NCBI RefSeq assembly: GCF_006345805.1
Contig: NC_042999.1
Coordinates: 46,438,001-46,502,000, forward strand
Direction: 5' to 3'
DNA length: 64,000 nucleotides
Source of the DNA: Octopus sinensis
Taxonomy: Eukaryota
Shown here piece after piece: positions 51,201-63,501 of this stretch. The position numbers were made by a program, and so were the translations under genes. Position 1 is the stretch's first letter, and each line of letters starts with the position of its first letter. The notes under the pieces were generated by a model. That model ran no database searches. It was given only the letters and a program-made list of their open reading frames with translations, and was not told the origin of the DNA.

Positions 51201-51301
51201 GGAAGATTTATCTCTTTTAATGGAATATTTGATATGTCTTTCTTGAACCAGTCTTTGGGAAGTGGTTCAAAGGCTCAAGTAACTCAAGGAATTGATATTA
51301 G
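51201..51301 (+). CDS. INTU: Inturned exon: GRFISFNGIFDMSFLNQSLGSGSKAQVTQGIDI
   Basis: ttttcgtaattgtAG acceptor and GTaagt donor. 101 nt; only the phase-0 frame is open; ends in phase 2. Confidence 0.85.
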
Positions 51302-51860
51302 GTAAGTTGATTTTCATTATTTTGATTTATTGATTCTGAACGGATTTTTACGCCCATAAAAAAGGAGAAACAACAGTTTTCGTTTCATAGAAAGCCATAT
51401 TAGAAGAATATACTTGAGATTTAAAACTATATATGATGTATGCTAGCTTGTGTAATAAAAATAGAGATCTGTAGAGCAAGAAGATCGTTGGAAGGTGAAT
51501 TTGCAACGTGATTTCGATTTTTCATTGAACCTATCACAGTACACTATGTAGGTGTTGATGTGGAAAAAATAAGATAATCATAAAACCTATCTCTATTCTT
51601 TAAACAGTAGACCCGTGTTTTTCTCTGGCGTGCGCAAATATGGAAATAACAAATTACAACAAACTTCTTTTTTGAAAGATATACATATGACGTATTCCTA
51701 ATGTAAAGAAAAAAAAGAAAAAAGACAGCAAGGCCACAATAAGAATATCCTTGATCATAGGTCTGCACAATAAAAAATGTCCTGGGATAGAAAAACAATA
51801 CAATACAGTAACATCTGCAGTAGAAACTATTAACTTCGTTTCATTTTTGTATCAATTCAG

Positions 51861-52041
51861 GAAAGTTAAAGAAGTAAACAATGTCCTGTTCCACTATATG
51901 TGCATTGACAAACTGCAAGGTATATATGTGGATTCAGACAGACAATATAACCGAAGTACGCTCAGCAAACAGATTCTGGACAACTTCAACCGCTGCTCTC
52001 TGCAAATACATGCTATTTTTGAGAAGTCGAAAAAGAAAGCG
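51861..52041 (+). CDS. INTU: Inturned exon, start of Longin domain 3: (R)KVKEVNNVLFHYMCIDKLQGIYV...ILDNFNRCSLQIHAIF
   Basis: atcaattcAG acceptor and GTaaga donor. 181 nt, phase 2/0. Matches recalled INTU NTLFHYVALETVQGIFI...LIKNFHQCCLSIRAVF. No downstream exon was found in the window. Confidence 0.92.
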
Positions 52042-52480
52042 GTAAGATATTTTTCTATTTTCAGTGTTCTGTCTTTATTCATATTCTCATTTAAGTGAAC
52101 ATCGTAAGGGAAGTACATTCATGCATGCACGCATCTATATACACATACTTACGCGCACATATTTATGCATATACCCTTATATAAACTAATATGTGTAAGA
52201 AAATCTTTGCAAGGGATATTTATATAATATCCCTTCATGTATGTATGTATGTATGTATGTATGTATGTATGTATGTATGTATGTATGTATGTATGTATGT
52301 ATGTTCACACACACGCACATGTATATTACAAATATGCACACACATATAGATCTTTAGCGATCGCTCACAAGTGATGACATTGTCTTTATTTTGTTCTATT
52401 AATTTGATTTCGTTCAATATAGTAGAATTATACAAAATATTTTCTAAAAATAAGAAATATTGTAGATTAAAGATATATAT

Positions 52481-52516
<36 letters not shown>

Positions 52517-52572
52517 GAGAAGAGCAGCAAATATCTATGTAAAAAATATATATCATTGATATAAAGATATAT

Positions 52573-52614
<42 letters not shown>

Positions 52615-52636
52615 TATATATATATATAAATATATA

Positions 52637-52674
<38 letters not shown>

Positions 52675-52793
52675 TATATATATATATATATATGTATGTA
52701 TATATATATATATGTATATATATATGTATATATATATGTACATATATATATATGCATATATATATGTACATATATATATATGTACGTATATGC

Positions 52794-53520
52794 ATATTGC
52801 TAATCTGGTGATAAAATGCAGACGGCTAGGTGGATGGATTCTCCAAACTTTCAGAACAAGAGAGAAGGAGACACTGATGGTCCTATGGAAAACATTTGTC
52901 CTCAGCCGCTTGGACTACTGCTCCCAACTTTGGTCACCACACAATATAAAACAAACAGCAGAACTCGAAGCAACTCAGAGAAGCTACACAAAGAAAATCG
53001 TCTCAATGCAAAATGTCAGCTACTGGGAAAGACTGAAGGTATTAAACCTCTTCTCCCTGGAGCGGAGGCGGGAGAGATATGCAGTGATATACATCTGGAA
53101 AATCCTGGAGGGTCTTGTCCCAAACTTTGGCATTCAAAGTTACTCCAACCGCAGAACGGGGCGCCGCTGCGTGGTGCCAAGGATTCCAACATCACCATCA
53201 AAATACAGGTCCAGATACTGCAACAGCTTGGGTTTCAGAGGACCACAGCTCTTTAACATCCTCCCTAAATGCCTGAGAGACTTACACGGTGTGGATGTGG
53301 GTTTCTTTAAAACTAAACTGGATCTCTTCTTGTTGGGAGTCCCAGATGAACCTACCTCACGACAGGAGACACGGATGCGGGCAGCAGCATCGAACTCCCT
53401 TGTTGATCAAGTGCCACGTATCAGAGGTGGATTCACAAACTAGTGTAGCTCATTCAGCGGTGGTGCCCCAGCATGGCCGCGGCCTTCGGGCTAAAACATT
53501 TTTAAGGATTTAAGGATTTA
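52794..53520 (+). mobile_element. CR1-group LINE 3' end with uninterrupted ORF tail
   Basis: Open frame to the stop at 53443 ([10 protein letters not shown]...[27 protein letters not shown]). Short 3' UTR with (TAAGGATT) tail, inside TA-rich microsatellite. Confidence 0.85.
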
Positions 53521-53766
53521 TATGTACATATATATATATATGTACGTGTATACATATATATGTACGTGTATACATATATATGTACGTGTATACACATATA
53601 TGTATTTGTATAAATATGTATATATATATATTTATATGTATGTATGTATATATATATATAAATATATATATATGTATATATGTATGAATATATATGTATG
53701 TATATATATGTATGAATATATATGTATGAATATATATGTATGTATATATATGTATGAATATATATG

Positions 53767-53803
<37 letters not shown>

Positions 53804-53937
53804 GTATGAATATATATGTATGAATATATATGCTTGTATATATAGATGTATGTATATATATAAGTATGTATATATATATATACATATGTATATATATGTA
53901 TATATATATATGGGTGTGTGTGATTGTGTAAAGAAGA

Positions 53938-55476
53938 ATATATTAATAAAAGGAATTCCAACCTTGTCTGATTTTCACGTTTTATTTACAATCTTATAAT
54001 GATATATTATAAGATAAAATATTATAATAGATAAAATAAAATAAAATAGTAGAATGTTAAATGTTCATTCTGATTGAACTAGTACTTTCATGCATTAAAT
54101 TCTGCAATCTTCGGGTTCATGTAGTTGTGGTGACAGTCATGCTTCACAATTTTTGACTGTAGCAAGATGATTGATTCTGTGCTATAAATACAGCTGGGTA
54201 GGCTCCAGAGTGCTAGGTTTTGCAAACTGTATTCTGACCAATCAGTGTGTAGTATCACTCAATTACTTAAGCTGATTGGTTGGTTGAGCTGATTAGTTTA
54301 GGCGTCACGCTTTGTTGGACATGTCAAGAGTCCTGTATCTTGACCCTGGCCGAAGCAGCAATTGTTGGGTTATTTTTAGAAATGTTGTAAATAGCCTTTG
54401 TTAGAGATTTTTATATTTTTATATTTCAATTGTCATCATCATCATTGTCAGCACCTTAATTATTGTTGCTAGTGGTGATGGTGGTGGCAATAGAACTTTT
54501 AACCCTAAATAAGATAATTTTTCTGCTATCTTCATCTTGATCACCTTTAGTATTGTTGTTGTTGTTAGTGGTCATGGTCGTAGCAGTAGAAGTAGTACCT
54601 CTAAGTATTATTATTATTGCTTATTTAGCTTGGGTTCGAATTTATCAATAAAATTCTTTTCTCTGATTTTCCTCTCGATTTCACTTGGGCTGTGTAATTT
54701 GTAGAACGGAAATATTATATACATTTTCCGGCCACATGTTGCTAGGTGGTTACTCAAAGGTATCTGACGGACCTCTGGGTCTCTAATCTGTTGCCGGTGT
54801 ACACGTGAGCGTTCTGATAGTGTGTTTCCCGTTTGACCTACATATATTTCTTCACAATTTGGGCATTTGATGCAGTAAATTAAATTTCTGCTTTTGCAGT
54901 TCATATTCGCGTTTGTGAATATTTTCCCGGTTTTTGTGTTTATATATTGGCCGGTATGTATGAATTGGCATGTGCCACATCGGCTATCATTGCATTTAGA
55001 TACAGTGAATGTTTGGTCTTTGTTGCTAAGGTCAAATTTTGCCTTTGTTAGTAATGTTTTCAAGTTTTTAGGCTGTCTTTTACTAAACAATCCCGCTACA
55101 AATCAGAGATGAAATATCCAAACTAACGACCGGCAATATAGCAGAAAAAATGCGAGAACTATGGACCAGAGATTGGTCAGAATACAGTTTGCAAAACCTA
55201 GCACTCTGGAGCCTACCCAGCTGTATTTATAGCACAGAATCAATCATCTTGCTACAGTCAAAAATTGTGAAGCATGACTGTCACCACAACTACATGAACC
55301 CGAAGATTGCAGAATTTAATGCATGAAAGTACTAGTTCAATCAGAATGAACATTTAACATTCTACTATTTTATTTTATTTTATTCTATTATAATATTTAT
55401 CTTATAATATATCATTATAAGATTGTAAATTAAACGTGAAAATCTGACAAGGTTGGAATTCCTTTTATTAATATAT
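53938..55476 (-). mobile_element. Penelope-like element: 5'-truncated GIY-YIG end with inverted pseudo-LTRs
   Basis: ORF 54614-55090 (LIYCIKC..CEEIYVGQTG..L.ER..VH) is a GIY-YIG endonuclease. 306-bp inverted repeats at 53938-54243 and 55171-55476 differ at only a few positions. Confidence 0.9.
55295..55339 (+). ncRNA. Minimal type I hammerhead-like motif in the Penelope pLTR (mirror copy at 54075-54119 on -)
   Basis: Stem I TGAAC/GTTCA, variant core CCGAAGA, stem II TGCA/TGCA, GAA, palindromic helix III AGTACT, CTA cleavage triplet. Confidence 0.6.
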
Positions 55477-56246
55477 GTATATATATATGTATATATATTT
55501 GTATATATATGTATGTACACATGTAGGTGTATAGATACATATATACAATGTATCTATCTGGAGGCGCTGTTCTGTTATGACCACAAACGATTGAGTCTAG
55601 CCAGTTAAAGTGCATGTATTAATAATGCGTTTCATGTTTTCTGTGCTACAGTTGTTCACATCTGAAAATTAGAAATTTTAGCGAGATAGCCTCATTCATT
55701 CTTTGTTTTGCTATGTTATGCACTTTTAAACAATTGATTATCGCATGAAGATTTTAACACGCACTGGAAAATCTAATAACAGATGTACATGTTAAAAGTA
55801 ATGAGATGAGTAAGTACTACTGCTGTGAAACAATGGCAGCAAAATGAATAGCTCGCGGGAAATAGGAGGCGAATTACAATATTTGGTGAAAAATGTAACC
55901 AGAAGTGTTTGATGTAAAAGTGCTGCAATTAATTCTGATTTAACACACCAGAGCCTGATATATGTATGAAATGGGAATTGGTACATTAGGAGGTATAAGA
56001 ACTTATTCAAATCCAGCGCTGACTACTCAGTGTATTCGATGTGATACATCTCTAGTGTTCTTACTAATGGAACTTGTTTTCATGGCATATGGAAATTTGG
56101 CGGAATTCTTGAAACATAACATATAACCCTTCATAACTTTTTTTTTTGTGGAACTTTTGGAAAATCTTATCGAATTTATATTCTACACAGGGAATTCACA
56201 ACACTATTCTTTTCTATCTTTTATTCGTTTACTTGTATCAATCATT

Positions 56247-56595
56247 TGACTACGGCCATTCTGGAGCACTGCCTTTAGTCGAGCAAATCGACCCCAGGAT
56301 TTATTCTTTGTAAGCCTGGTACTTATTCTGTCGGTCCTTTTTGCCGAACCGCTAAGTTACGGGGACGTAAACACACCAGCATCGGTTGTCAAGCGATGTT
56401 GGGGGGACAAACGCAGACACACAAACATATACACACACATACATACATATGTATATACGACGGGCTTCTTTCAGTTTCCGCCTACCAAATCCACTCACAA
56501 GGCTTTGGTCGGCCCGAGGCTATAGTAGAAAACACCTACCCAAGGTGCTACGCAGTGGGACTGAACCTAAAACCATGTGGTTGATATGCAAGCTA
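56247..56595 (-). mobile_element. SINE family A copy
   Basis: Reverse complement of 3275-3660 along its length. Confidence 0.85.
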
Positions 56596-57351
56596 TATAT
56601 ATATTTTTTAATTTTCGAAATTTTTTGTAAAAGGATTTTTGCTTTTCAAATTTTCGATCTTTTTTAAAAATCACAGTTTAAAATACGGTTAGTCCGAAGT
56701 TGTGGCTTAAATCCTAAGAATAGACCATTAAATTTGTTTACGGGGAGAAAGATGTCGAACAATATCAGTAAACCAGACAAGTGATTAAACAAGATGGGTA
56801 TGAGATAGTCAGGAGATTTGCTAAAAATAACAGCTAAATAGCTCTTAAATCCCGCAGAAATTTGTTTTTATTTTGGTTTTTGCATAATCATCAATTCCCG
56901 TGTGTAGAATGCAAATCCGCCAAAAATTTTTTAAATTAAAAAAAAAAATGGTATGAGGGGTTATATAGAATACATAAAGCAGAATTCTGCTGGACATTTA
57001 TACTGCAAATAGTTGTGTGATAGTTAAGCGAGAAACAAATATAATTCACACGAGGAAAAAAAGTATTGAACTGTTTATTTTTGACTTAAAAGATTAAAGT
57101 TTTGTTAAAAAGAAATCAAAAATAATTCTTCTTAATTTTGAGGAGAGGAGAAGGTTGCTTACATCGACCCCAGTACTCGATCGGTACTTATTTTGTCGAC
57201 CCCGAAATGATTGAGAGGCAAAGAAATCTCATCAGAATTTGACCTAAGAATAGAAAAAGACAGACACAAATAAACCTAAACACTTTTTTCGGCGTGGTAA
57301 TGATTCTGCCTGCTTACCGAGTTCAAAGAAATAAATATAATTACTCAAAAG

Positions 57352-57580
57352 ACGGCGAGCTGGCACAAACGTTAGCACGCAAGGTGAAATGTGTAGCGGT
57401 ATTGCGTCTGGCATTACATTCTGAGTTCAAATTCCGCCGAGGTCAACTTTGCCTTTCATCCTTTCGGGGTCGATAAATTAAGTACCAATTACGCACTGGG
57501 GTCGATGTAATCGACTTAATCCGTTTGTCTGTGCTTGTTTGTCCCCTCTGTGTTTAGCCCCTTGTGGGTAGTAAAGAAAT
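57352..57580 (+). mobile_element. SINE family B copy with X tail (further B copies at ~57160-57310 -, 57640-57995 -, 48940-49040 +, 7880-8080 -)
   Basis: Same head, body and tail motifs as the other B copies. Confidence 0.8.
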
Positions 57581-58364
57581 AGAAATATATATAATGGCTC
57601 AAACTTTTGGCAGAAAGCCAGCAATTTTAGCGGTAGGGTTAAAGACGAGAACATCAATCCTACGGTTCAACTGATACTTACTTTATCGACCCCGAAAGGA
57701 TAAAAAGCGAATACAACCTTGGGTGTATTTGAACTCAGAATGTGAAGAAAGAAAAATACACGGAAGCATTTTTTTTGCTTGTCGTGCAAACGATACTTAT
57801 TTCTTTATTGCAGGAGAGACAAAGGAATTAAACCGATTATATCGACCCCAGTGCGTAACTGGTACTTATTCAATCGATCCCGAAAGGATGAAAGGGAAAG
57901 TCGACCTCGGCAGAATTTGAACTCAGAACGTTATGGCAGACGAAATACTGCTAAGCATTTCGCCTGGCGTGCAAACGATTCTGCCAGCTCGCTGACTTAA
58001 AGAAGTGAAATATGATGAAAATATTTGCTCCTTACTAAATAGATTTTGAACAGTAAAGACAAAGTTCAGACATATTATTTATAAGAAATCTGTTTGAACT
58101 GAGACCACTCATCTAGTATGATTAACTGATGTAAGTAAATGATTAATACATTATTTCTTACGGTCAGTTATATTCTGAGTTGTGATCGCATCGAGGTCAA
58201 TTTCGTTTTTCGTTGTTTTAAGTTCAATAAAATTAAGTACCGGTTAAGTCTTGAGGTCGTTATAATTAATAGGAACTATTCATTAAATTTCAGGCCTTTT
58301 GCCTATATTAGAAATGATTATTATCAAGAGTTGCTAAAATATTTTGCAATATGCTAGGGAATAA

Positions 58365-58745
58365 AGCGGCGAGCTGGCAGAATCGTTAGCACGCCGGGCG
58401 AAATGCCTAGCGGTATTTCATTTGCCGCTACGTTCTGAGTTCAAATTCCGCCGAGGTCGACTTTGCCTTTCATCCTTTCGGGGTTGATTAAACACTGTGG
58501 TCGATATAATCCAGTTAATCAGTTTGTTTGTCCTTGTTTGTCCTCTCTGTGTTTAGCCCCTTGTGGGTAGTAAAGAAATAGGTATTTTGTCTGTCTTTAT
58601 GTTCTGAGGTCAAATTCCGCCGAGGTCAACTGTGCCTTTCATTCTTTCAGGGTCGATAAATTAAGTTCTAGTTGCATACTGGGGTCAATCTAATGGGCTG
58701 GATCCGTCCCCCAAAATTTCGGGCCGTGTACATATAGTAGAAAAG
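58365..58745 (+). mobile_element. SINE family B: X-tailed copy (58365-58580) followed by the remainder of an older copy starting ggtattttg
   Basis: Junction taaagaaata|ggtattttgtctg at 58580/58581. Possible decayed host head at ~58328-58364. Additional decayed B copies at ~58150-58320, 58760-58940 and 59085-59280. Confidence 0.75.
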
Positions 58746-59439
58746 AATATTTTTGGGATGAATTGTAGAATGGTCTGAACATTGGTCAACATGCCTTGCG
58801 GTATTTGCTGCTGCTCTATACATTCTGAGTTTAAATCGCCGAGGCCAATTTTGTTTTCCTTCCTTTCGGGGCCGACAAAATAAAGAAGTCCCAGTCAAAT
58901 ACTGCGAACAATGGTATCGATTAAACCTCTTCCCTTAAATTTCAAGTCTTGTTCTTTTATCAGAAATTACTTAGAACATTGGAGGCTCTAGAGCTTTAAG
59001 AGTGCTTTTAAGTACTGGAGTGGATGTTATCAATTAATCACATCCCTTGAAAATTGCTGGCCTTGGAACATAATAAGAAACAATTGTAAGTATGGTGGAC
59101 TGGCAGAATCGTTTGTACATCGGGTAAAATGCTTTCTGGCATATTTCTTCAGGCTCTTAGCATTCTGAGTACAAAGCTCACCGGGGTGGACTTTGCTTTT
59201 CGGGTCGATAAAATAAGGTACCAATCAAATACTACGCCAAATGGCATCGGCAACCGCTCTCCCTCAAAACTACTAGCCTTCTGTGTAAAACAGAAACCAT
59301 TATTATGGTTCCTGATTCAGGCACAAAGCCAGCAATTTTGAGAGAAGAAAATTAGGTGATTCCTTCGATTCCAGTACTTGGCATGTACAGTATTTCATCA
59401 ACAGCGAATGGATGAAATGTATTTTACAACTACCTTGGG

Positions 59440-60950
59440 TCAAGTCATGCTTTGTCTGTACTGGTAGAAGCTATTTAGAAGTTTGTCAGATGGACTTTTC
59501 TAATTCAGAGGCTGAATTGCTTTCTTTTGAGAAGCATAGCTGGGTGTATAATTTTCCATTTCTTTAGTTTTGACATTTACGATTGTTTCCTCTGTTGTTT
59601 CCGATTCCGTCCTTAGTAAACGCTTGTGCACAGTCTGTGACTCTTTAAAATATCATAACCACAATGCTTCAGTTTTTGAATTCACTATATTGAAATCTAG
59701 CCAGATTATGCTCCCTCGCTGTTCACAATTTTCTCTGTTAGGACTACATTCATTTTTACCTAGTTATTGATAAAGCTGTTTTGGATGAAGTCGAACTGTT
59801 TCTTTTTTTTTTTCATTAAATGTCCGTCTTTTAATTTTTCACTCCGACGAATTCTTTGTAAGTGTACGAGAATCTTTCATATCAGAAAATCTTAGAATTC
59901 AGATGTTTTGTTTTTATTATACCAAATTTCTGCTGTATTTGCACATACTTTCTGCAGTTGTGTTCTTTCAATATCTATTTCACTATATATTCAGATCACT
60001 TTTATGGTCTCTCAGTTTCTGTGTACTTGTTTCCATTTTGCTTGCTGGTGCTTTGATATTTGTATATAAGCAGATCTGTTATTTATATTATTTTATTTAA
60101 CCAGGTACTATCGGCGTTTGTGTTTGCTTTTGCTAAGCCTGTGACAGTCCACATTTGCCATTCTAATGATTGCTGCTATTTCATCATTATTTTATACTTG
60201 GGAGTTAACTTCGTTTCTCTTGTATATAATTTCCACTACTATAACGTCTTAATGCAAGACGTTCCTCATATTCTGGTTCATACATATATTTTGTGTTCTG
60301 TTTTTAGCGGCTAGTACAAAGTTGTGGATCTAGAGGTTGGATTTGTGCTTTCGTATTTTTTAATTTTATCCTTATCTTTTGTTTATTACCTTCTCAGCAT
60401 TTATAGCTTGCGTCGATACGTTATTTGCGTTTTCGATCTATCTTCTCAGTTTTTAAGTGTTCTATTTCGATTTCAGATATTTGTTTCGTTTTTGAGAATG
60501 TGTCTTCTTAAGTTATTCGTTTGTTAGAGACCATTATAAGTTTTAGGCCAGGGATACTTTCTCTTCAAATTTTTCCAAGAATATTATCGCGGTTTCGTTT
60601 TCTTCTTTCGTAGACTGAAGTTTTGAAATATGTACTTAGAAAAGTATCCTTTTCTGGTTAGTTTGAGAAACTAGAGAGAAAACATACCCCAAAATGTCCT
60701 TTTATACAGGTTATCATTTTCTCCTGGCACCAATATTCCGCTTTTGATACTACGCCAGGTACTTCAATGAGAATGCCCTTGTGCGTTTCTGGAAAAAAAA
60801 CCCAGCAAATACAAACCAAATAATTATACCAAGTAGTACTGAAAATGTTTTCCAAATATTACAAAGATATCCTTTAATACGTTTGCTATTTTTCCCTAGA
60901 AATTTCTTTTATTACTTAAACCGTAGTAACTACCATTTCTCTCATACTCT
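59440..60950 (-). mobile_element. Highly decayed non-LTR retrotransposon (R4/Dong-like pre-RT region)
   Basis: Broken frames give LQRIRRSEK, KQLYQ*LG, PNRENCEQ..IW and N*KSPSD (cf. NWKAPGPD). Boundaries are approximate. Confidence 0.4.
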
Positions 60951-60954
60951 CATG

Positions 60955-61080
60955 TTCTTCTTCTTCTTCTTCTTCTTCTTCTTCTTCTTCTTCTTCTTCT
61001 TCTTCTTCTTCTTCTTCTTCTTCTTCTTCTGCTTCTTCTTCTTCTTCTTCTATTTTTCTTTTTCTTTTTCTTCTTCTTTT
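60955..61080. repeat. (TTC)n microsatellite
   Basis: Direct reading; source of the poly-F and poly-R pseudo-ORFs. Confidence 0.97.
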
Positions 61081-61139
61081 CTTTGATACTCATGATAGAG
61101 CGAGTTATTGACCCCTGATTAAATACAAGGGATGAAATA

Positions 61140-61480
61140 GGGTACCCCCGAAGGATCTCTGGTGTAACGTTTGTCGACGAGGAGATCAATAACTCTTCCA
61201 GCTGCTAGGCATTGACAGATCACAGTTCCGGCATTACGGACATGTGATTAGAATGACACAGGAAAAAAATCACAAGGCGGATCCTTCAAGCCATGCTAAA
61301 CGGTAGGTAACCTAAGAGTAGACCATGAAGGAGATAGGTGGATGATATCCATTGTCTTATTTGGGAAACCAATCGTAAAGTCCAATGACAGTTGCTTCTG
61401 ATATAACCCAAAGGAGGAAGTGCCTGAGGATTGTACCCCCACGGTCTCCCTGTTATAGTTGGCTGAGAAGATAGATATAT
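61140..61480 (+). mobile_element. Decayed RTE-like LINE 3' remnant
   Basis: QFRHYGHVIRM...TRRILQA...G..PKSRP matches QLRW.GHV.RM...G.RPRGRP. Confidence 0.6.
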
Positions 61481-62101
61481 AGATGCTTTTGTTTTGTCGT
61501 GTTCGTCAGGTGTGTATATATATATATGAATATAAAAATATAAAAGGAGCAAAAATACCGAAGATTAAGTATACACCACGTGACAAAATTATGAGTTGAA
61601 AATATGTGGGAAACATATATAAAAAGTGGAAGAGAAATGCCTTCGTTTCATATAGTTTAATATCTATTCATAAAGAAATTTTTAAAAATATATACATATA
61701 TATCCAACCGGTTTTCGCTATCTAAATTAGCTTTTGAAGGGACATTGTGAAGTAATCAACTCTTGTGACAAAGGGGTTTCGCCATTTTAGATGAAATGGT
61801 GAAACCCTTTTGTCACAAGAATTTTTATATATGCTTTCCACATATTTTCAACCTATATATATATGTATATGTATATGTATATATATATATGTATTTATAT
61901 ATATGTATATGATCTTCATTTACGCGATTTCATGCAACTTAAGCTTCAAAATATCTGTGCAAGCGTCACATAAATAATATCAGTAATATAAGTATTACTT
62001 ACACTTACTGGGGTTTTCCATTTCATCGCTGATTTTGTTTTTCCAAAATACTTATGGCATTGGCAGAACTGCATATTTGAAAAATACACTTATATATATA
62101 T

Positions 62102-62139
<38 letters not shown>

Positions 62140-62158
62140 AGTTCAGCAGATTTTGATT

Positions 62159-62220
<62 letters not shown>

Positions 62221-62745
62221 GTGTGTGTGTGTATGTATGTATGTATCTTAAAATTCAAATAGTGTCATATCTAATGATTTAAAATAATGGGTAGGTACAC
62301 TTAGAGATCGATGTTGATTTACTGCGTAAAACTACAATTCGTACCGTAACTAAATGCATGGATATTATAGCTGCATAATGACGACTGACTATAGGATATT
62401 TTTCAATTGAGCAGGTACATGCATAATAAGATAAAATTATAAACAAACAAAACAACTGGTATCAAGTTAGATTATTATATGTATAACTTAAAAAATGTTA
62501 GTTGAGTTGTTATTTGAGAAGAGATAATAAGAATGGAGGAAGTAATACGGTGTGCTGAAAGTATTTTACAGCTGTTTCAAGTACTGGTGTACAGATGGTG
62601 CATTTTGTGTAAAATATGTGTGTTAGCTATCCATATAGCAGCGGTCTATTATATAATCTTAGTGACAATGAGCTATAGCAATGCTTCGAATTGCTCTTTT
62701 CCTAATTATTAATGCAAATTCTAGGATATATATATATATATATAT

Positions 62746-62787
<42 letters not shown>

Positions 62788-63173
62788 GTCAAAATGAAAT
62801 TTTCACTTGCAACTGTATTTTTAGAAAAACACCCAATGAAGATGTATTGAAAAGGCCCTTTACAATTTCAGACTTAACTAACTGACCACTTTAGGGACCA
62901 AGTTGACTGACATCACCCATTTCTCTTCTTTTTGTCTTCTACAAACTTGTGTGTTTTCAGAGACGGGTGTAAAATGTATGTGGCTTAGGATTAGTTTAGA
63001 AGCATAGCTACTTGTTCGACGCTCTCAGGTCACTTGACAAAGATCTAGTAGCCATCAGCAAGGCCAGAACTTACGAATCTTATATATTCGCACCCATTTT
63101 CAACAACTCTGAGATATTCTCATCGAGTGGTCAGTGAGAATGGGGAGACAAGTTAGCAGTGTTATTCCGGAAA

Positions 63174-63433
63174 TCTTTATATCTTATGGTACGAGAAAAT
63201 TTTCCTGGGTCACGCGATCAGTCGAGAGCCCTAGACATAAGCGGCAACGACAACAGTGCTTCTGATCAAAGGCCTGTTTTTGTTGGACAGTTGTTTATTG
63301 CGTTTTGATAGAAAATGTAGTTCAAAAATTGTTTTTTAATGTAAGCGTGCCCAAACAAGTCGAATGCTTACACAGAGCAGGTTTTACAGCCACATCATGC
63401 AAACCAATCGGGTGAAACCGGGTTTAGCTGCTA

Positions 63434-63434
<1 letters not shown>
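63174..63434 (+). mobile_element. Short non-autonomous Helitron-like element
   Basis: A|TC start; GC-rich cgggtgaaaccggg followed by CTAG|T. Confidence 0.55.

Positions 63435-63501
<67 letters not shown>

Noticed and set aside
55770-55990. Candidate next INTU exon (aacag|atgtac...ga|gtaagt)
   Set aside because: The required phase-0 frame ends in a stop, and no frame resembles the INTU C-terminus.
60781-61189. Poly-Phe and poly-Arg ORFs
   Set aside because: (TTC)n microsatellite.
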